Shown here: piece by piece, positions 11,943-23,494 of the stretch
Layout: each line of letters begins with the position of its first letter
How positions within the stretch are numbered: position 1 is the stretch's first letter
Assembly (NCBI GenBank): GCA_963739455.1
Contig: CAVUAK010000001.1
Location: 160,001-224,000 of the forward strand
Reading direction: 5' to 3'
From: an uncultured Gemmatimonadales bacterium
GTDB lineage: Bacteria; Gemmatimonadota; Gemmatimonadetes; Gemmatimonadales; GWC2-71-9
Length of the DNA stretch: 64,000 bases
The notes under the pieces: generated by a model
What the model was told of the DNA's origin: nothing
The model's database searches: none
Seen by the model: the letters and a program-made list of their open reading frames with translations, nothing else
Program-made: the position numbers and the translations under genes

Positions 11943-11979
11943 TTGCCGCTGTGTTACAGGTGCGCTACATTGTAACACA
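11943..11979 (+). promoter_or_regulatory. Putative vapBC promoter with operator inverted repeat, probably leaderless
   Basis: TTGCCG-17 nt-TACATT; TGTGTTACA (11950-58) / TGTAACACA (11971-79); ATG 7 nt after the -10. Confidence 0.7.
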
Positions 11980-12281
11980 TGAAAGACGAGCACCTCACCC
12001 TGCGCCTCCCCCGCGACCTCGCCCGGGCCCTGACCCGCTGGGCCCGTGAGCACGGCGTGCCGAAGTCGCAGGTAGTACGCGAGGCAGTGACGCGCTATTG
12101 TCTTCCCGCCACTCGCGAGCCGGCCACTCTGGAGACCGCATCCCCCACCGTCACCGCGGCAGCGTTCGCGGTACGGTGGGCAGCGCTGCCTCGGCTCACC
12201 CCGGATGAGACGACTGCCTTCGAGGCCGATATCGACGCGGCCCGGCGCGCGCTGCCCGGCGCGCCCGACACATGGGAGTGA
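11979..12281 (+). CDS. vapB: Ribbon-helix-helix (CopG-like) antitoxin
   Basis: HLTLRLPRDLARAL...GVPKSQVVREAVTRY; overlaps a PIN-domain gene. Confidence 0.75.
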   Translation: MKDEHLTLRLPRDLARALTRWAREHGVPKSQVVREAVTRYCLPATREPATLETASPTVTAAAFAVRWAALPRLTPDETTAFEADIDAARRALPGAPDTWE

Positions 12282-12688
12282 TGCTCGACACCACCGTGCT
12301 GATCGCCGCCGAGCGACGTGCGCTGCGCTTCGATGACCTGCTTGGCGCCATCTCGACTGAGCCGATCGCCCTGAGCGCCGTCACCGCGTCGGAGTTGCTC
12401 CACGGCTGCCATCGAGCCCGCGACCGCGGTACCCGCTCGCGTCGATTGGCGTTCGTTGAGGGATTGCTGGGCGCGCTCCCGATCCTGCCCTTTGGCCTGG
12501 TCGAGGCGCGCCGGCACTCCGAGCTCTGGGCAGATCTCGCCGGCAGTGGTACCCTCATCGGTGCACACGACATGCTGATCGGCGCCACGGCGCTTGCGCA
12601 TGGCTATGCCCTGGCCACCTTGAATCAGAAGGACTTCGCCCGCATCGACGGCTTGCAGCTCGTCCCCGTTGAGCGCTTCACCACATGA
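12272..12688 (+). CDS. vapC: PIN-domain toxin
   Basis: LDTTVLI, SELLHG, DMLIGATA, TLNQKDF. Confidence 0.9.
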   Translation: MGVMLDTTVLIAAERRALRFDDLLGAISTEPIALSAVTASELLHGCHRARDRGTRSRRLAFVEGLLGALPILPFGLVEARRHSELWADLAGSGTLIGAHDMLIGATALAHGYALATLNQKDFARIDGLQLVPVERFTT

Positions 12689-15457
12689 CCACCGCCGACC
12701 GTCTCACCGCAGCTCTCTCCGACCGCTATCGCCTCGAGCGCGAGCTGGGCCAGGGTGGCATGGCCACCGTCTATCTCGCCGAAGACCTGAAGCACGGTCG
12801 CAAGGTCGCCATCAAGGTCCTGCATCCGGAACTCTCCGCCGTCATCGGCGGCGATCGGTTTCTGGCCGAGATCAAGCTCACCGCAAGCCTTCAACACCCC
12901 CACATCCTCGGCCTGATCGACTCGGGAGCCGTTTCACTAACGCCTCACGCCTCACGACTCACTGACGACAGTCGACTGTCGACTGATCTTCTGTACTACG
13001 TCATGCCCTTCATCGAGGGGGAGACCCTGCGCGGTCGCCTCACCCGCGAGAAGCAGCTCCCCGTCGATGACTCCATCCGCCTCACGAAGGAAGTCGCCGC
13101 CGCCCTCGAGTTCGCCCACAAGCGCGGCATCATCCATCGCGACATCAAGCCCGAGAACATCCTGCTGCAGGACGGTCAGGCCCTCGTCGCCGACTTCGGC
13201 ATCGCCCTCGCCGTGCAGCAGGCCGGCGGCTCCCGCATGACGCAGACCGGCATGTCGCTCGGCACTCCCGCCTACATGTCGCCCGAACAGGCCATGGGCG
13301 AACGCGACATCGGCGCTCGGAGCGACGTGTACGCGCTGGGCGCCATGACCTATGAGATGCTCACCGGCGAGCCGCCCTTCACCGGCCCCAACTCCCAGGC
13401 CATCGTCGCGAAGGTGCTGACGGAAACTCCGCCACCGCTCCGCCCCAAGCGCCCCACCGTGCCACCCGCGGTCGAGCACGCCGTCCTCACGGCCTTGCAG
13501 AAACTCCCCGCCGATCGGTTGGCAGCCGGCGAAGGAGTACGCAGAGGCGCTCGAAGGGAGAGGCAGCAACTATGCATCGACGGTAGTTACTTCACGTCCT
13601 CACGTCCTCACGTCTTCACGTCTCCATCACGTCCTCACGTCCTCACGTCCAGGGCGCGCCCTCGCCTGGAGCGCCGTCGCCGCCCTGATCGCAGCCACCG
13701 CCATGTGGGGCTTCATGCGGCGCGGAACGACGGGGGCGCCCGTAAGGCGCTACGCCCTCGCCCTCCCCGCAAACCAGCCGATGGAATGGAGCCGCATCGG
13801 GACCAACATTGACCTGTCTCCCGATGGCTCACGCTTTGTCTACGTCGGGCCCGGCGAGCAGGGCGGCAGCCTCTGGCTCCGCGATCGTGATCGGCTTGAG
13901 GCGACACCGATTCTCGGCACCTCCAATGCCATCAATCCCCGTTTCTCGCCCGACGGACGACAGATCGTCTTTTCCTCCGGAAGCCTGCTCGAGCTGAAGC
14001 TGGTCGGCGTCGACGGTGGCTCCCCCGTCACGATCGCCCGGGGAGGGTCGGGCGCGAGCGGCGGTGTCGCCTGGAGCGATGATGGCTGGATCTACTTCGA
14101 CGCCGTTCCCGGCCTGAGCCGCGTGCGCCCCAACGGCGATAGCGCACAACTCGTGGTACCGATCGATGCCTCGCGCGGCGAGGCGGGGCAGGCGTGGCCC
14201 GAGGCCGTCCCGGGCGGACGCTGGCTGGTGTATCGCACCCGGAGCAGTAACGCACTCGAGGAGTTTGATATCGGCGTCAGCGACCTGAAGACCGGTGCGC
14301 GCCACGTTCTCACCAGGGGCATCTTCGCCCGACGCATCGGGGCGGGGCTCTTCATCATCGTGCGCGCCGACGGTGTGCTCACTCTCGCCCGCGTCGATGA
14401 GCGCACCATGACGCTGCGCGGATCGCCGGTGCCGGTGCTCGACGGCCTCAAGACCAAGCTGCTGGGCTCGGTCGACCTCACTGTCAGCGGTGGCACCCTG
14501 ATGTATGTGCGGGGCGGATCGAATTCCTACCGGGTGTCTGCCGTCTGGGTCACCCGCGAAGGTGCCGCGAAGCCGATCGAGCCCGCCGTGGTCGTGACAC
14601 CGCCGAACAATCGCGGGCTCGCCCTTTCGCCCGATGGTCGCCGCCTCGTCGTGGACATGGTGGGGCCCAAGTCCACCGACGTCTGGGTGAAGGAGCTGCC
14701 GGCAGGCCCATTCTCCCGGCTCACCTTCGATGGCCTTGCGAACTTTGCGCCTTTCTGGAGCAGCGACGGCAAGTACATCATGTACCTCCTCAACCCCGGG
14801 CAGGGTTCCAATATTGTGCAGGTGTGGCGCAGGAAGGCCGACGGCAGTGCGCCCGCCGAGTCGGTGTTCGCCACCTCCCGTTCGACTATCGAAGCGTCCA
14901 TGTCGAAAGACGGTGAGTGGCTCTTCTATCGGATCAACAACGATTCCACCGGCCCTGACGTCTACGGAATCCGCCTGGGGGGCGACACGACGCCCGTACC
15001 TCTCCTCACCGGTCCAGCCGCCGAGACGAACCCTTCGCTCTCTCCCGACGGTCACTGGCTGGCATATGTGTCGAACGAGTCCGGAACCCTCGAGGTCTAT
15101 GTCCGGCCCTTCCCCCACGTGAACGCGGGACGGTGGCAAGTGTCGATCGGCGGCGGCACCGCGCCCCGCTGGGCACACAGTGGCCGCGAGCTCTTCTTCG
15201 TCTCCGGCACCGAGATGATGATGGCCCCCATCACCACGTCGGGGGGCGCATTCTCTCCCGGCACGCCCCAGAGGCTCTTCACCGGGTTCGGCACCCAGTT
15301 TCTCCAGGGGTTCATCCCCTACTACGACCTGAGCCCCGATGACAGGAACTTCCTCATGATGGGTATTCCTGTCGGCGACAGTACGCGTTCGCAGCTCATC
15401 ACCGTCGAGAACTGGCTTCAGGACGTGAACGCGAAGCTCGCGGCGGCACAACAGTGA
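12685..15457 (+). CDS. Ser/Thr protein kinase K2: kinase-TM-PD40 propellers; frameshift near 13520
   Basis: Kinase motifs in ORF 12685, propeller repeats in ORF 13703. Confidence 0.9.
12928..12987 (+). repeat. In-frame heptamer-repeat insert in K2 kinase loop
   Basis: GCCGTT TCA CTAACGC CTCACGC CTCACGA CTCAC TGACGACAG TCGACTG TCGACTG. Confidence 0.85.
13590..13648 (+). repeat. Octamer repeat (4+3 units) in K2 linker
   Basis: GTAGTT A, CYTCACGT x4, CTC, CATCACGT, CCTCACGT x2. Confidence 0.9.
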
Positions 15458-18203
15458 CCAGCACCGAAGCCCGCCTCACCGCGTCTCTTGCCGATCGCTA
15501 CCGCGTCGAGCGCGAGCTCGGCCAGGGCGGCATGGCCACCGTCTACCTCGCGGAGGACCTCAAGCACAGCCGCAAGGTCGCGATCAAGGTCCTGCATCCC
15601 GAGTTGAGCGCCGTCATCGGCGGCGACCGCTTCCTCACCGAAATCAAGGTCACCGCCAACCTCCAGCACCCGCACATTCTCGGCCTGATCGACTCGGGAG
15701 CTGTTTCACTCACGCCTCACGCCTCACGCCTCACTGACGACAGTCGACTGTCGACTGATCTCTTGTATTACGTCATGCCGTACGTCGTCGGGTGAGTCCC
15801 TCCGCAACCGTCTCGCGCGCGACAAGCAGCTCCCCATCGACGACGCACTCCGGCTTGCGAAGGAAGTCGCCAGCGCGCTCGACTATGCCCATCGCCAGGG
15901 CGTCGTCCACCGCGACATTAAGCCCGAGAACATCCTGTTGCAGGACGGTTCGGCCCTCGTCGCCGACTTCGGCATCGCGCTGGCCGTCCAGCAGGCCGGC
16001 GGCTCTCGCATGACCCAGACCGGCATGTCGCTCGGCACGCCCGCCTACATGTCGCCCGAACAGGCCATGGGCGAACGAGACATCGGTGCGCGCAGCGATG
16101 TGTACGCGCTCGGCGCGATGACCTACGAGATGCTCACCGGGGAACCGCCGTTCACTGGCCTCAACTCCCAGGCCATCGTCGCGAAGGTGCTGACGGAATC
16201 TCCGCGCGCTATGCGCCCTGCGCGCCCTAGCGTCCCCCCGGCAGTGGAACATGCCGTGCTTACGGCGTTGCAAAAGCTCCCCGCCGATCGCTACGGCACA
16301 GCGAAGGGAGTTTGCGGAGGCGCTCGACGGTAAGGGCGGTAACTACGCATCCACCGAGGTTACTTCACGTCCTAACGTCCTCACGTCTTCACGTCTACCT
16401 CACGTCCTCACGTCCTCACGTCCAGGGCGCGCCCTTGCATGGAGCGCTATCGCGGCCGCGATTGCAGCCACGGCTATGTGGGCCTTCGTGTGGCAGGGAA
16501 GGACGGGCGCGCCCGTAAGCCGCCAACGCGTCGTCCTCTGGCAGCATCCCCGCGGCCAGTTCCTCTCGGCCGGCCAGAGCCTGATCGCATCACAGGCCGC
16601 AATCGCCCCGGACGGATCGAGCATCGTCTATACCGATTCCATCGATGGCGTCATCCACCTGATGCGCAAGCTTCGGAGCGAGCGCGAGCCCGTACCGATC
16701 GCTGGCACCGAGGGAGCGGTGTCGCCCTTCTTCTCGCCCGACGGGAAGTGGATCGGATACCTCACGACCGATGGAAGGCTCCGCAAGGTCAGTGTCGACG
16801 GGGGCGGCTCGATCACCCTCGCCGAAGACGCGCAGCGGACCCAGGTCTCGGCCGCATGGCTGGACAATGGGACCATCGTCTACGCCGGCGCGGTGGCGGA
16901 CATGAAGAGGGTCTCCGCCGACGGAGGTCCGAGTTCGCCCATACGGGCCGACAGTAGCCTGCGTCGTCACGCGCTGCTCACGCTCTCTCCCCTTCCGGGC
17001 AGTCGGGGATTCCTTCACACGAGTTGCCCCGGCAACTGCGCCATCGAGTCCGCCGTGTATGTCTTCGATTTCGCGGCCGATAGCTCGCGGTTGCTCGTGC
17101 CGAATGCCGCCGGCGCCTGGTACTCACCCACCGGCTACCTGCTCTACACCGACCGCGCGGGCGGCCTGTATGCTGCGGGGTTCGACCCGAACCGGCTTGT
17201 GATGACGACCCCGGCCGTACCTGTCCTCGAGGACATCGTGCCGACCACCCTGGCGCTGTCAGCATCGGGGAGTGCGCTCTACTCCATCACCGCCGGCAAG
17301 CAGAAGCCATCCGAGCTCATGTGGGTCTCGCGCGATGGCAGCGCAGAGCCGGTCGACTCGGGCTGGCGGGGCGAGTTCGATTACCCCGCCGTCTCCCCCG
17401 ACGGCAAGGCGCTCGCCGTGAGCGTCCGTGATGGCCCAACCCACATCTGGATCTGGCGCGCCGACGGCACCCGGCAGAAGCTGACCCAGGAAGGGACCGT
17501 CAACTGGCGTCCGTCCTGGTCACCGGATGGAAAGTCCATCGCATTTATTTCCAACAAGCGCGGTGGCGGAAACCAGGACGCCTATGACGCCTACCGCATG
17601 CCCGTCGACGGCAGTGCGCCGCCCGACCTGCTCCAGCGGCACACCTTCGGCCTCTGGGAAATCGAGCTCTCGCGCGACGGTCAGTGGCTCATCGTCCGCG
17701 CTGACGAGGCGGTCGGCAGCTCCAACATTCGTGGCCGGCGCCTGGTGGGCGACACGACGCTGCTTCCACTCGTGGTGGACCCGAGCGTCAGCATGCAGGC
17801 GGCCCTGTCACCCGACGAGCATTGGCTCGCATACTCCGCCAACCCGACCGGCCTGATGGAGATCTACGTCGCCCCCTTCCCCTCGATGAAGTCCACCCGG
17901 CTCGTCTCCACCGGCGGCGGCACCGAGCCGCGCTGGGCCCACAGCGGCAAGGAACTGTTCTTCAAGAGCGGTGGCAAGCTGATGGCCGTCGACGTGTTGC
18001 CGGGCGAGGCCTTCACCTTCGGCACGCCCCACGCCCTGTTCCCGCTCACCGGCTATCTCGCAGCCAGGAACCGGCCCGAGTACGACGTGGCGCCCGATGA
18101 TCGCCGCTTCCTGATGATCCGGGTGCCGAAGGAATCGAACGAGGAAGTGGTGTACGTCGAGAACTGGTTTACGGAACTCAGGGCGAAGATGGAGAAGAAG
18201 TAG
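15454..18203 (+). CDS. Ser/Thr protein kinase K3: kinase-TM-PD40 propellers; frameshifts near 15790 and 16307
   Basis: Kinase split over ORFs 15454/15938, sensor in ORF 16251. Confidence 0.9.
15700..15759 (+). repeat. In-frame heptamer-repeat insert in K3 kinase loop
   Basis: GCTGTT TCA CTCACGC x3 CTCAC TGACGACAG TCGACTG x2. Confidence 0.85.
16363..16421 (+). repeat. Octamer repeat (4+3 units) in K3 linker
   Basis: GAGGTT A CTTCACGT CCTAACGT CCTCACGT CTTCACGT CTA CCTCACGT x3. Confidence 0.9.
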
Positions 18204-20474
18204 GTGCCGCTGAACCTCACATCCATCTCTCCCGGCACCTCCCTCGGCCGTTATAAGCTCCTCGAGAGCATCGGCGCCGGCGGCATGGGCGAGGTCTGGC
18301 GCGCCCGCGATGCCAACCTCGACCGCGACGTCGCCATCAAGTTCCTGCGCACCGGCCAGAGCGTCGGCACCGAGACCCGCGAGCGCTTCCGGCGCGAGGC
18401 GCTCGTCCTATCCCGGCTCTCCCATCCCGGCGTCGCCACCATATTCGACTTCGACACCCAGGATGGCACCGACTTCCTGGTCATGGAGTACGTCCCCGGC
18501 GGCTCACTCGAGACGCGACTGGAAACCGGCCCGCTATCACTGAAGGACCTGACCCGCTTTGGCGCCATCATCGCGGACGCGCTCCACAGCGCGCACGAGC
18601 GCGGCATCCTCCATCGCGATCTCAAGCCAGGCAACATCGTCCTCACCGAGAGCGGCCAGCCCAAGATTCTCGACTTCGGCATCGCGCTCCTCATGGACTC
18701 CGACCCGAACGCCGTGAAGCTCACTCAGGCCGGGATGATCCTCGGCTCGCTGCCCTACATGGCTCCGGAACAGCTTTCGGACGACCCGTCCGATGCCCGC
18801 ACCGACATCTACGCACTGGGTGTGCTGCTCTTCGAGATGGCCACCGGCCGGCGGCCGTTCATCAAGGAGCGCCGAGAGGCGCTGATGTTCGAGATCTTCA
18901 GCAACTCGCCACCCACCGTGCGCTCGCTTCGCCCCGAGGTGCCCGCGGCAGTGGATCAGCTCGTTGATGCCTGCCTGCGGAAGGAACCGGCAGAGCGCCC
19001 CTCATCAGCGGCCATGGTAGCCGAGACACTTCGTGCCGTGGCCGGCGGCACCAGCTCGGGCGCCATGGCAGCCCGCGAAACCGTCCGCGGAATCGTCGTG
19101 CTTCCGCTGCGCAACGTCTCTGGTGATCCGTCCCAGGAGTACTTCGCCGATGGCATGACCGACGCCATCATCTCCGATCTCTCCCGCATCAAGGCGCTGC
19201 GCGTCATCTCCCGCACTTCGGCTATGCGCTACAAGGGATCCACGCTCTCCCTCCCGGAGATCGCGCGCGAACTCAACGTCGACGCCGTCCTCGAGGGCTC
19301 GGCCCTGCTCGTGGGCAACCGCGTCCGCGTCAGCGTGCAGCTCGTCAGCGCCCGCACCGACCAGACCATCTGGGCGGCCCGCTGGGACCGCGACCTCGTC
19401 GACGTCTTGAGCCTTCAGGGCGACCTCGCCGCCACCATGGCCCACGAGATCGCCGTCCAGCTCACGCCCGCCGAGGAAGGCCATCTCGCTCATCGCGCTA
19501 CGGTGAATCCCGAGGCGCACCTCGAGATGCTCAAGAGCCGGCACAATCTCATCGCTGGTACCAGGGAGGCCCTTGAGCTCGGGCTGCTCCACGCCCGCCG
19601 GGCACTCGAGCTCGATCCGACCTACGCGTTCGCCTGGTCGGCACTCGCCGACTGCCAGAGTTTCCGCGCCGCCCGCGGCATGGCCAACCCCGCCGAAGTC
19701 GGTGGCGAGGCCACGGCGGCGGCCCGGCGCGCCATCGAGCTCGATCCCTCGCTCGGCGACGCATGGACCTCGCTCGGCCTCATCGCCGCCCATTCGGGCG
19801 ACGTGGTGGGCGGCATGCGGGCCCTGCAGAAGGCGATCGTGCTCAACCCCGGGCTCACGCTGGCGCACAACGTCCTCTCCCGCACGCTCTACGCCTTCGA
19901 GCGCCACGAAGAGGCGCTCGCGTCCGCCACCCGCGCGGTGCAGCTCGACCCGCTCTCGACCTTCATCCACACCGGGCTCGGCGACGCGAGCTACTTCGCC
20001 CGGGAGTACGACAAGTCGGTGTTCCACTATCGCATGTCGATCGAGCTCGATGCCCGCTTCGATGGCGCCCACACCGACATGGCTCGCTCGCTCGAGGCAC
20101 TCGGCCGCTTCGATGAGGCCCATGCGGCGTACGAGGAGGGCCGTCGCCTTGGCGGCGGTATCGCCGGGCCGTCCTTCGGGCTCGCGCATCTCGCCGCCGC
20201 ACGCGGCAATGAAGCGGAGGCCCGCCGCATCCTCGCCGAGCTCACCGCCGCCCGCGGTACGCGGGTCGTCTCGGCATGGGGCATCGGCGCGCTCCACGCC
20301 AGCCTCGGCGACGTGGACGAGGCCTTCAAGTGGTTGGAGATTGCAATCACAGAGAAGGCCTCGGGACTGATCCTGCTTCGCGTGCACCCGCGGCTCGATC
20401 CGATCCGGAAGGACCCGCGCTACTGGCCCATGGTCGAGCGGATGGGCCTGACCGACGCGGCACTCACTACGTGA
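18204..20474 (+). CDS. Ser/Thr protein kinase K4: kinase-TolB-N-like-TPR, no obvious TM helix
   Basis: GAGGMGEV, HRDLKPGN, DFG; VVLPLRN..GD..EYFADGMTD; TPR-like helices; no loop insert. Confidence 0.92.
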   Translation: MPLNLTSISPGTSLGRYKLLESIGAGGMGEVWRARDANLDRDVAIKFLRTGQSVGTETRERFRREALVLSRLSHPGVATIFDFDTQDGTDFLVMEYVPGGSLETRLETGPLSLKDLTRFGAIIADALHSAHERGILHRDLKPGNIVLTESGQPKILDFGIALLMDSDPNAVKLTQAGMILGSLPYMAPEQLSDDPSDARTDIYALGVLLFEMATGRRPFIKERREALMFEIFSNSPPTVRSLRPEVPAAVDQLVDACLRKEPAERPSSAAMVAETLRAVAGGTSSGAMAARETVRGIVVLPLRNVSGDPSQEYFADGMTDAIISDLSRIKALRVISRTSAMRYKGSTLSLPEIARELNVDAVLEGSALLVGNRVRVSVQLVSARTDQTIWAARWDRDLVDVLSLQGDLAATMAHEIAVQLTPAEEGHLAHRATVNPEAHLEMLKSRHNLIAGTREALELGLLHARRALELDPTYAFAWSALADCQSFRAARGMANPAEVGGEATAAARRAIELDPSLGDAWTSLGLIAAHSGDVVGGMRALQKAIVLNPGLTLAHNVLSRTLYAFERHEEALASATRAVQLDPLSTFIHTGLGDASYFAREYDKSVFHYRMSIELDARFDGAHTDMARSLEALGRFDEAHAAYEEGRRLGGGIAGPSFGLAHLAAARGNEAEARRILAELTAARGTRVVSAWGIGALHASLGDVDEAFKWLEIAITEKASGLILLRVHPRLDPIRKDPRYWPMVERMGLTDAALTT

Positions 20475-23400
20475 CCACGCCGGAGCGCCTCACTGCTGCC
20501 CTGGCCGACCGTTACCGCATCGAGCGCGAACTCGGCGCCGGCGGCATGGCCACCGTCTATCTCGCCCACGACCTCAAGCACAACCGCCAGGTCGCCATCA
20601 AGGTGTTGCGCCCCGAGCTCGCCGCCGCACTCGGCGCCGATCGCTTCCTCCGCGAAATCGAAACCACCGCCAACCTCCAGCACCCCCACATTCTCCCCCT
20701 CTTCGACAGCGGGGCTGTTTCACTCACTGACGACTCACGACTGCCGACTGCTGGAAGCCAGCTCCTCTTCTATGTAATGCCGTTTGTAAACGGCGAAACC
20801 CTCCGCGCCCGTCTCGCGCGCACCGGTCCATTGCCGCTCGATGAAGCAGTCCGCTACACCACCGAGATCGCCGACGCCCTCGCCAAGGCCCACAAGGCCG
20901 GCGTCGTCCACCGCGACATCAAGCCCGAGAACATCTTCATCGCCGACGGCCACGCACTCGTGCTCGATTTCGGCATCGCGAAGGCGGTGGCTTCCAGCCA
21001 CCGTCCTGAGGGCCCTCCGGGCCCGAAGGACCCCGCGAACCCGAGCGGGCCCTCTATCCTGACCACCCTCGGCGTTTCCATCGGCACCCCCGCCTACATG
21101 GCCCCGGAACAGGTGGCCGGCGACCCCAACATCGACCATCGCGCCGATCTCTACGCCCTGGGACTGGTCGCGTATGAGATGCTTGCCGGTGGGTCGCCCT
21201 ACACCGCTACCACGCCAGCCCAGCAGATGGCGGCGCATATCGCCCAGGCGCCTGCGCCGGTCGAGCTGAAGCGGAAGGATTGCCCACCGGCACTCGCCGC
21301 CCTCGTCATGCGCTGCCTCGCCAAGAATCCCGATGAACGCTGGCAGTCGGCCGACGACATCGTCAATCAGCTGCGCGCGCTCGACACTGCTCCGCTGCAG
21401 CGGTCCGCGGCCCGGGGCGGTCAGCGCATCGCGATCATTGCCGGCGCGCTTCTCTTGGGCCTTGCCGCCGTCTTCATGTTCCGCCGCAACGCGCACCCCG
21501 CACCCAGTGCCGCGTCAGCCAATGTCATCGCCGTCCTCCCCTTCACCGTGCGCGGTGGACCGCAGTTCGCCTATCTCGGCGAAGGGATCGTCGACTTGCT
21601 CAGCACGAGCCTCGACGGCGCCGCCGGTCTCCGCAGCGTCAACGCCCACGCCCTGCTCGGGTACGCTGGACAGGATGCGTCGGCCATGAGCGTCGAGCGG
21701 GCCGGCGCAGTGGCCGATCACTTCAAGGCCGGGCTATTCGTGATGGGAGACGTACTCGAGGTCGGCGGCAAGCTTCGGCTCAGTGCGTCGCTGTTCGATC
21801 GCGCCAACGAGGCGAAGCCACTCGCCGAGGCCACGGTGGACGGCGATCCAGGTGACGTGACCTCCCTCGTAGACCTGCTCGCCACTCGCCTCGCCGCCGA
21901 TCGCTCCGCCGAGGGCGGCGCGCGCCTCACGCGCACCGCTGCGGTCACGACTTCGTCCATTCCCGCCCTCAAGGCTTACATGGAGGGCGAGCAAGCCTAT
22001 CGCGCCGGGCAATACGTCGCCGCCACCAAGGCATTTCAGGAGGCCGTCACCGCCGACACCGGCTTCGCCCTCGCCTTCCATCGACTCGGCATGGCGCAGG
22101 AGCGCATGGCCTGGGCTGACGATTCGCGTCGCTCGGCAGAGCTCGCCTTTCTCCACAGCGACCGGCTCTCGGCGCACGACCGCCGCTTCCTCGAGGCGCT
22201 CCTCACAATGCGCCGCGGCCACGCGGGAGAAGCGGAACAGCAGTTCCGCGCCATCGCGCAATCATGGCCCGATGACGCGGAGGCCTGGTATCAGCTGGGA
22301 GAGCTCTCCTTCCATGGCAACCCACTGCGTGGCCAGTCGTTCACTGATTCGAGGACTGCCTTCTCCCAGGCGCTCTTCCTCGACCCCGGCGATCTCGGCG
22401 CCCTCTACCACCTCATGCGCATCGCCGCGCGCGATGGCAACCAGCCACTGCTCGATTCGCTCTCGGCTCGCTTCTACAAGCTGAGCCCCGAGGGCGATCG
22501 CACCCTCGAGCTGCGCGCGCTTCAGGCCCTCGCCACCGGCGATTCGGTTGCCGTGGACTCCGTCATGGCTGCTTTCGGCCGTGCGCCCGATGGTACCCTC
22601 GCGATCGGCATGTGGTCACTGGCGGTCTTCGCCCAGAGCCTGCCTTCCGCCAGCCGCCTGGCTCTGCTCATGACTGAGCCGGCACGCCCGCGGGGCGTGC
22701 GCGCCCAGGGGCATGTGTACCTCGCCTATCTCGCGCTGGCGCAGGGACGGCTCGCTCTGGCGCGCACCGAACTCGCAGCGGCCTCCGCGCTCGGAGGAAG
22801 CGAGGCGCCCCTGGTGGACGCCTGGTTCAACACCCTCCCCTTCGTTCCCGCGACCCGGGGAGAACTCGATGCCTCGCGCGCGCGCCTGGCCCGGTGGGAC
22901 GCGACCGATACCACGCTGCTGAGTACCCAGCCGAGCGCGTTCTTCAGTGGGCACAACGGCGTGCGCCCCATCCTCAAGCTGTATGTGCTGGGCCTCCTCG
23001 ACATCAGGCGTGGTGCCACCGCCGAGGCGATGAAAGGCGTGGAGCAGTTGCAGGGGATGGGAGCCGCGACCGAGGGGCCTCCGCTCGCGCTGGAGTTGGC
23101 CGAGGGACTCCGCGCCCAGATGGCACTCGCGAAGGCCCAGCCCGACAGCGCGCTCGCATCCCTCGAGGCGCTGCACCTCGAGGGATGGTACGAGCTCACC
23201 TTCATGTCCCCGTTCTATGGCGGGGCACTGGAGCGTTTCACCCGTGCCAAGTTGCTGGCGACACAGGGCCGCAACAACGACGCCCTCGCCTGGTACCGTG
23301 GCCTCGGTGAGAACTCGACGCCTGAACTGGTGTTTCTCGGGCCGGCAATGCTGGCCCAGGCGCGTATTCAGGAGAAGCTCGGCCACCCGAAGGAAGCGGC

Positions 23401-23494
23401 ATTATTCTACGATGGGTTTCTCAAGCTCTGGCAGGACAGTGACCCCGTCTTCAAGCCCATGCTCGACTCGGCCCGAACAGAGCGATCGCCTTGA
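20471..23494 (+). CDS. Ser/Thr protein kinase K5: kinase-TM-TolB-N-like-TPR
   Basis: GTG start overlapping the K4 stop; HRDIKPEN, DFG; IAVLPF; helical repeats. Confidence 0.9.
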   Translation: MTTPERLTAALADRYRIERELGAGGMATVYLAHDLKHNRQVAIKVLRPELAAALGADRFLREIETTANLQHPHILPLFDSGAVSLTDDSRLPTAGSQLLFYVMPFVNGETLRARLARTGPLPLDEAVRYTTEIADALAKAHKAGVVHRDIKPENIFIADGHALVLDFGIAKAVASSHRPEGPPGPKDPANPSGPSILTTLGVSIGTPAYMAPEQVAGDPNIDHRADLYALGLVAYEMLAGGSPYTATTPAQQMAAHIAQAPAPVELKRKDCPPALAALVMRCLAKNPDERWQSADDIVNQLRALDTAPLQRSAARGGQRIAIIAGALLLGLAAVFMFRRNAHPAPSAASANVIAVLPFTVRGGPQFAYLGEGIVDLLSTSLDGAAGLRSVNAHALLGYAGQDASAMSVERAGAVADHFKAGLFVMGDVLEVGGKLRLSASLFDRANEAKPLAEATVDGDPGDVTSLVDLLATRLAADRSAEGGARLTRTAAVTTSSIPALKAYMEGEQAYRAGQYVAATKAFQEAVTADTGFALAFHRLGMAQERMAWADDSRRSAELAFLHSDRLSAHDRRFLEALLTMRRGHAGEAEQQFRAIAQSWPDDAEAWYQLGELSFHGNPLRGQSFTDSRTAFSQALFLDPGDLGALYHLMRIAARDGNQPLLDSLSARFYKLSPEGDRTLELRALQALATGDSVAVDSVMAAFGRAPDGTLAIGMWSLAVFAQSLPSASRLALLMTEPARPRGVRAQGHVYLAYLALAQGRLALARTELAAASALGGSEAPLVDAWFNTLPFVPATRGELDASRARLARWDATDTTLLSTQPSAFFSGHNGVRPILKLYVLGLLDIRRGATAEAMKGVEQLQGMGAATEGPPLALELAEGLRAQMALAKAQPDSALASLEALHLEGWYELTFMSPFYGGALERFTRAKLLATQGRNNDALAWYRGLGENSTPELVFLGPAMLAQARIQEKLGHPKEAALFYDGFLKLWQDSDPVFKPMLDSARTERSP
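20714..20761 (+). repeat. In-frame heptamer-derived insert in K5 kinase loop
   Basis: GCTGTT TCA CTCA CTGACGA CTCACGA CTGCCGA CTGCTGG. Confidence 0.8.
21003..21031 (+). repeat. REP-like hairpin in frame in K5 activation segment
   Basis: GTCCT GA GGGCCC TCC GGGCCC GA AGGAC. Confidence 0.7.
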
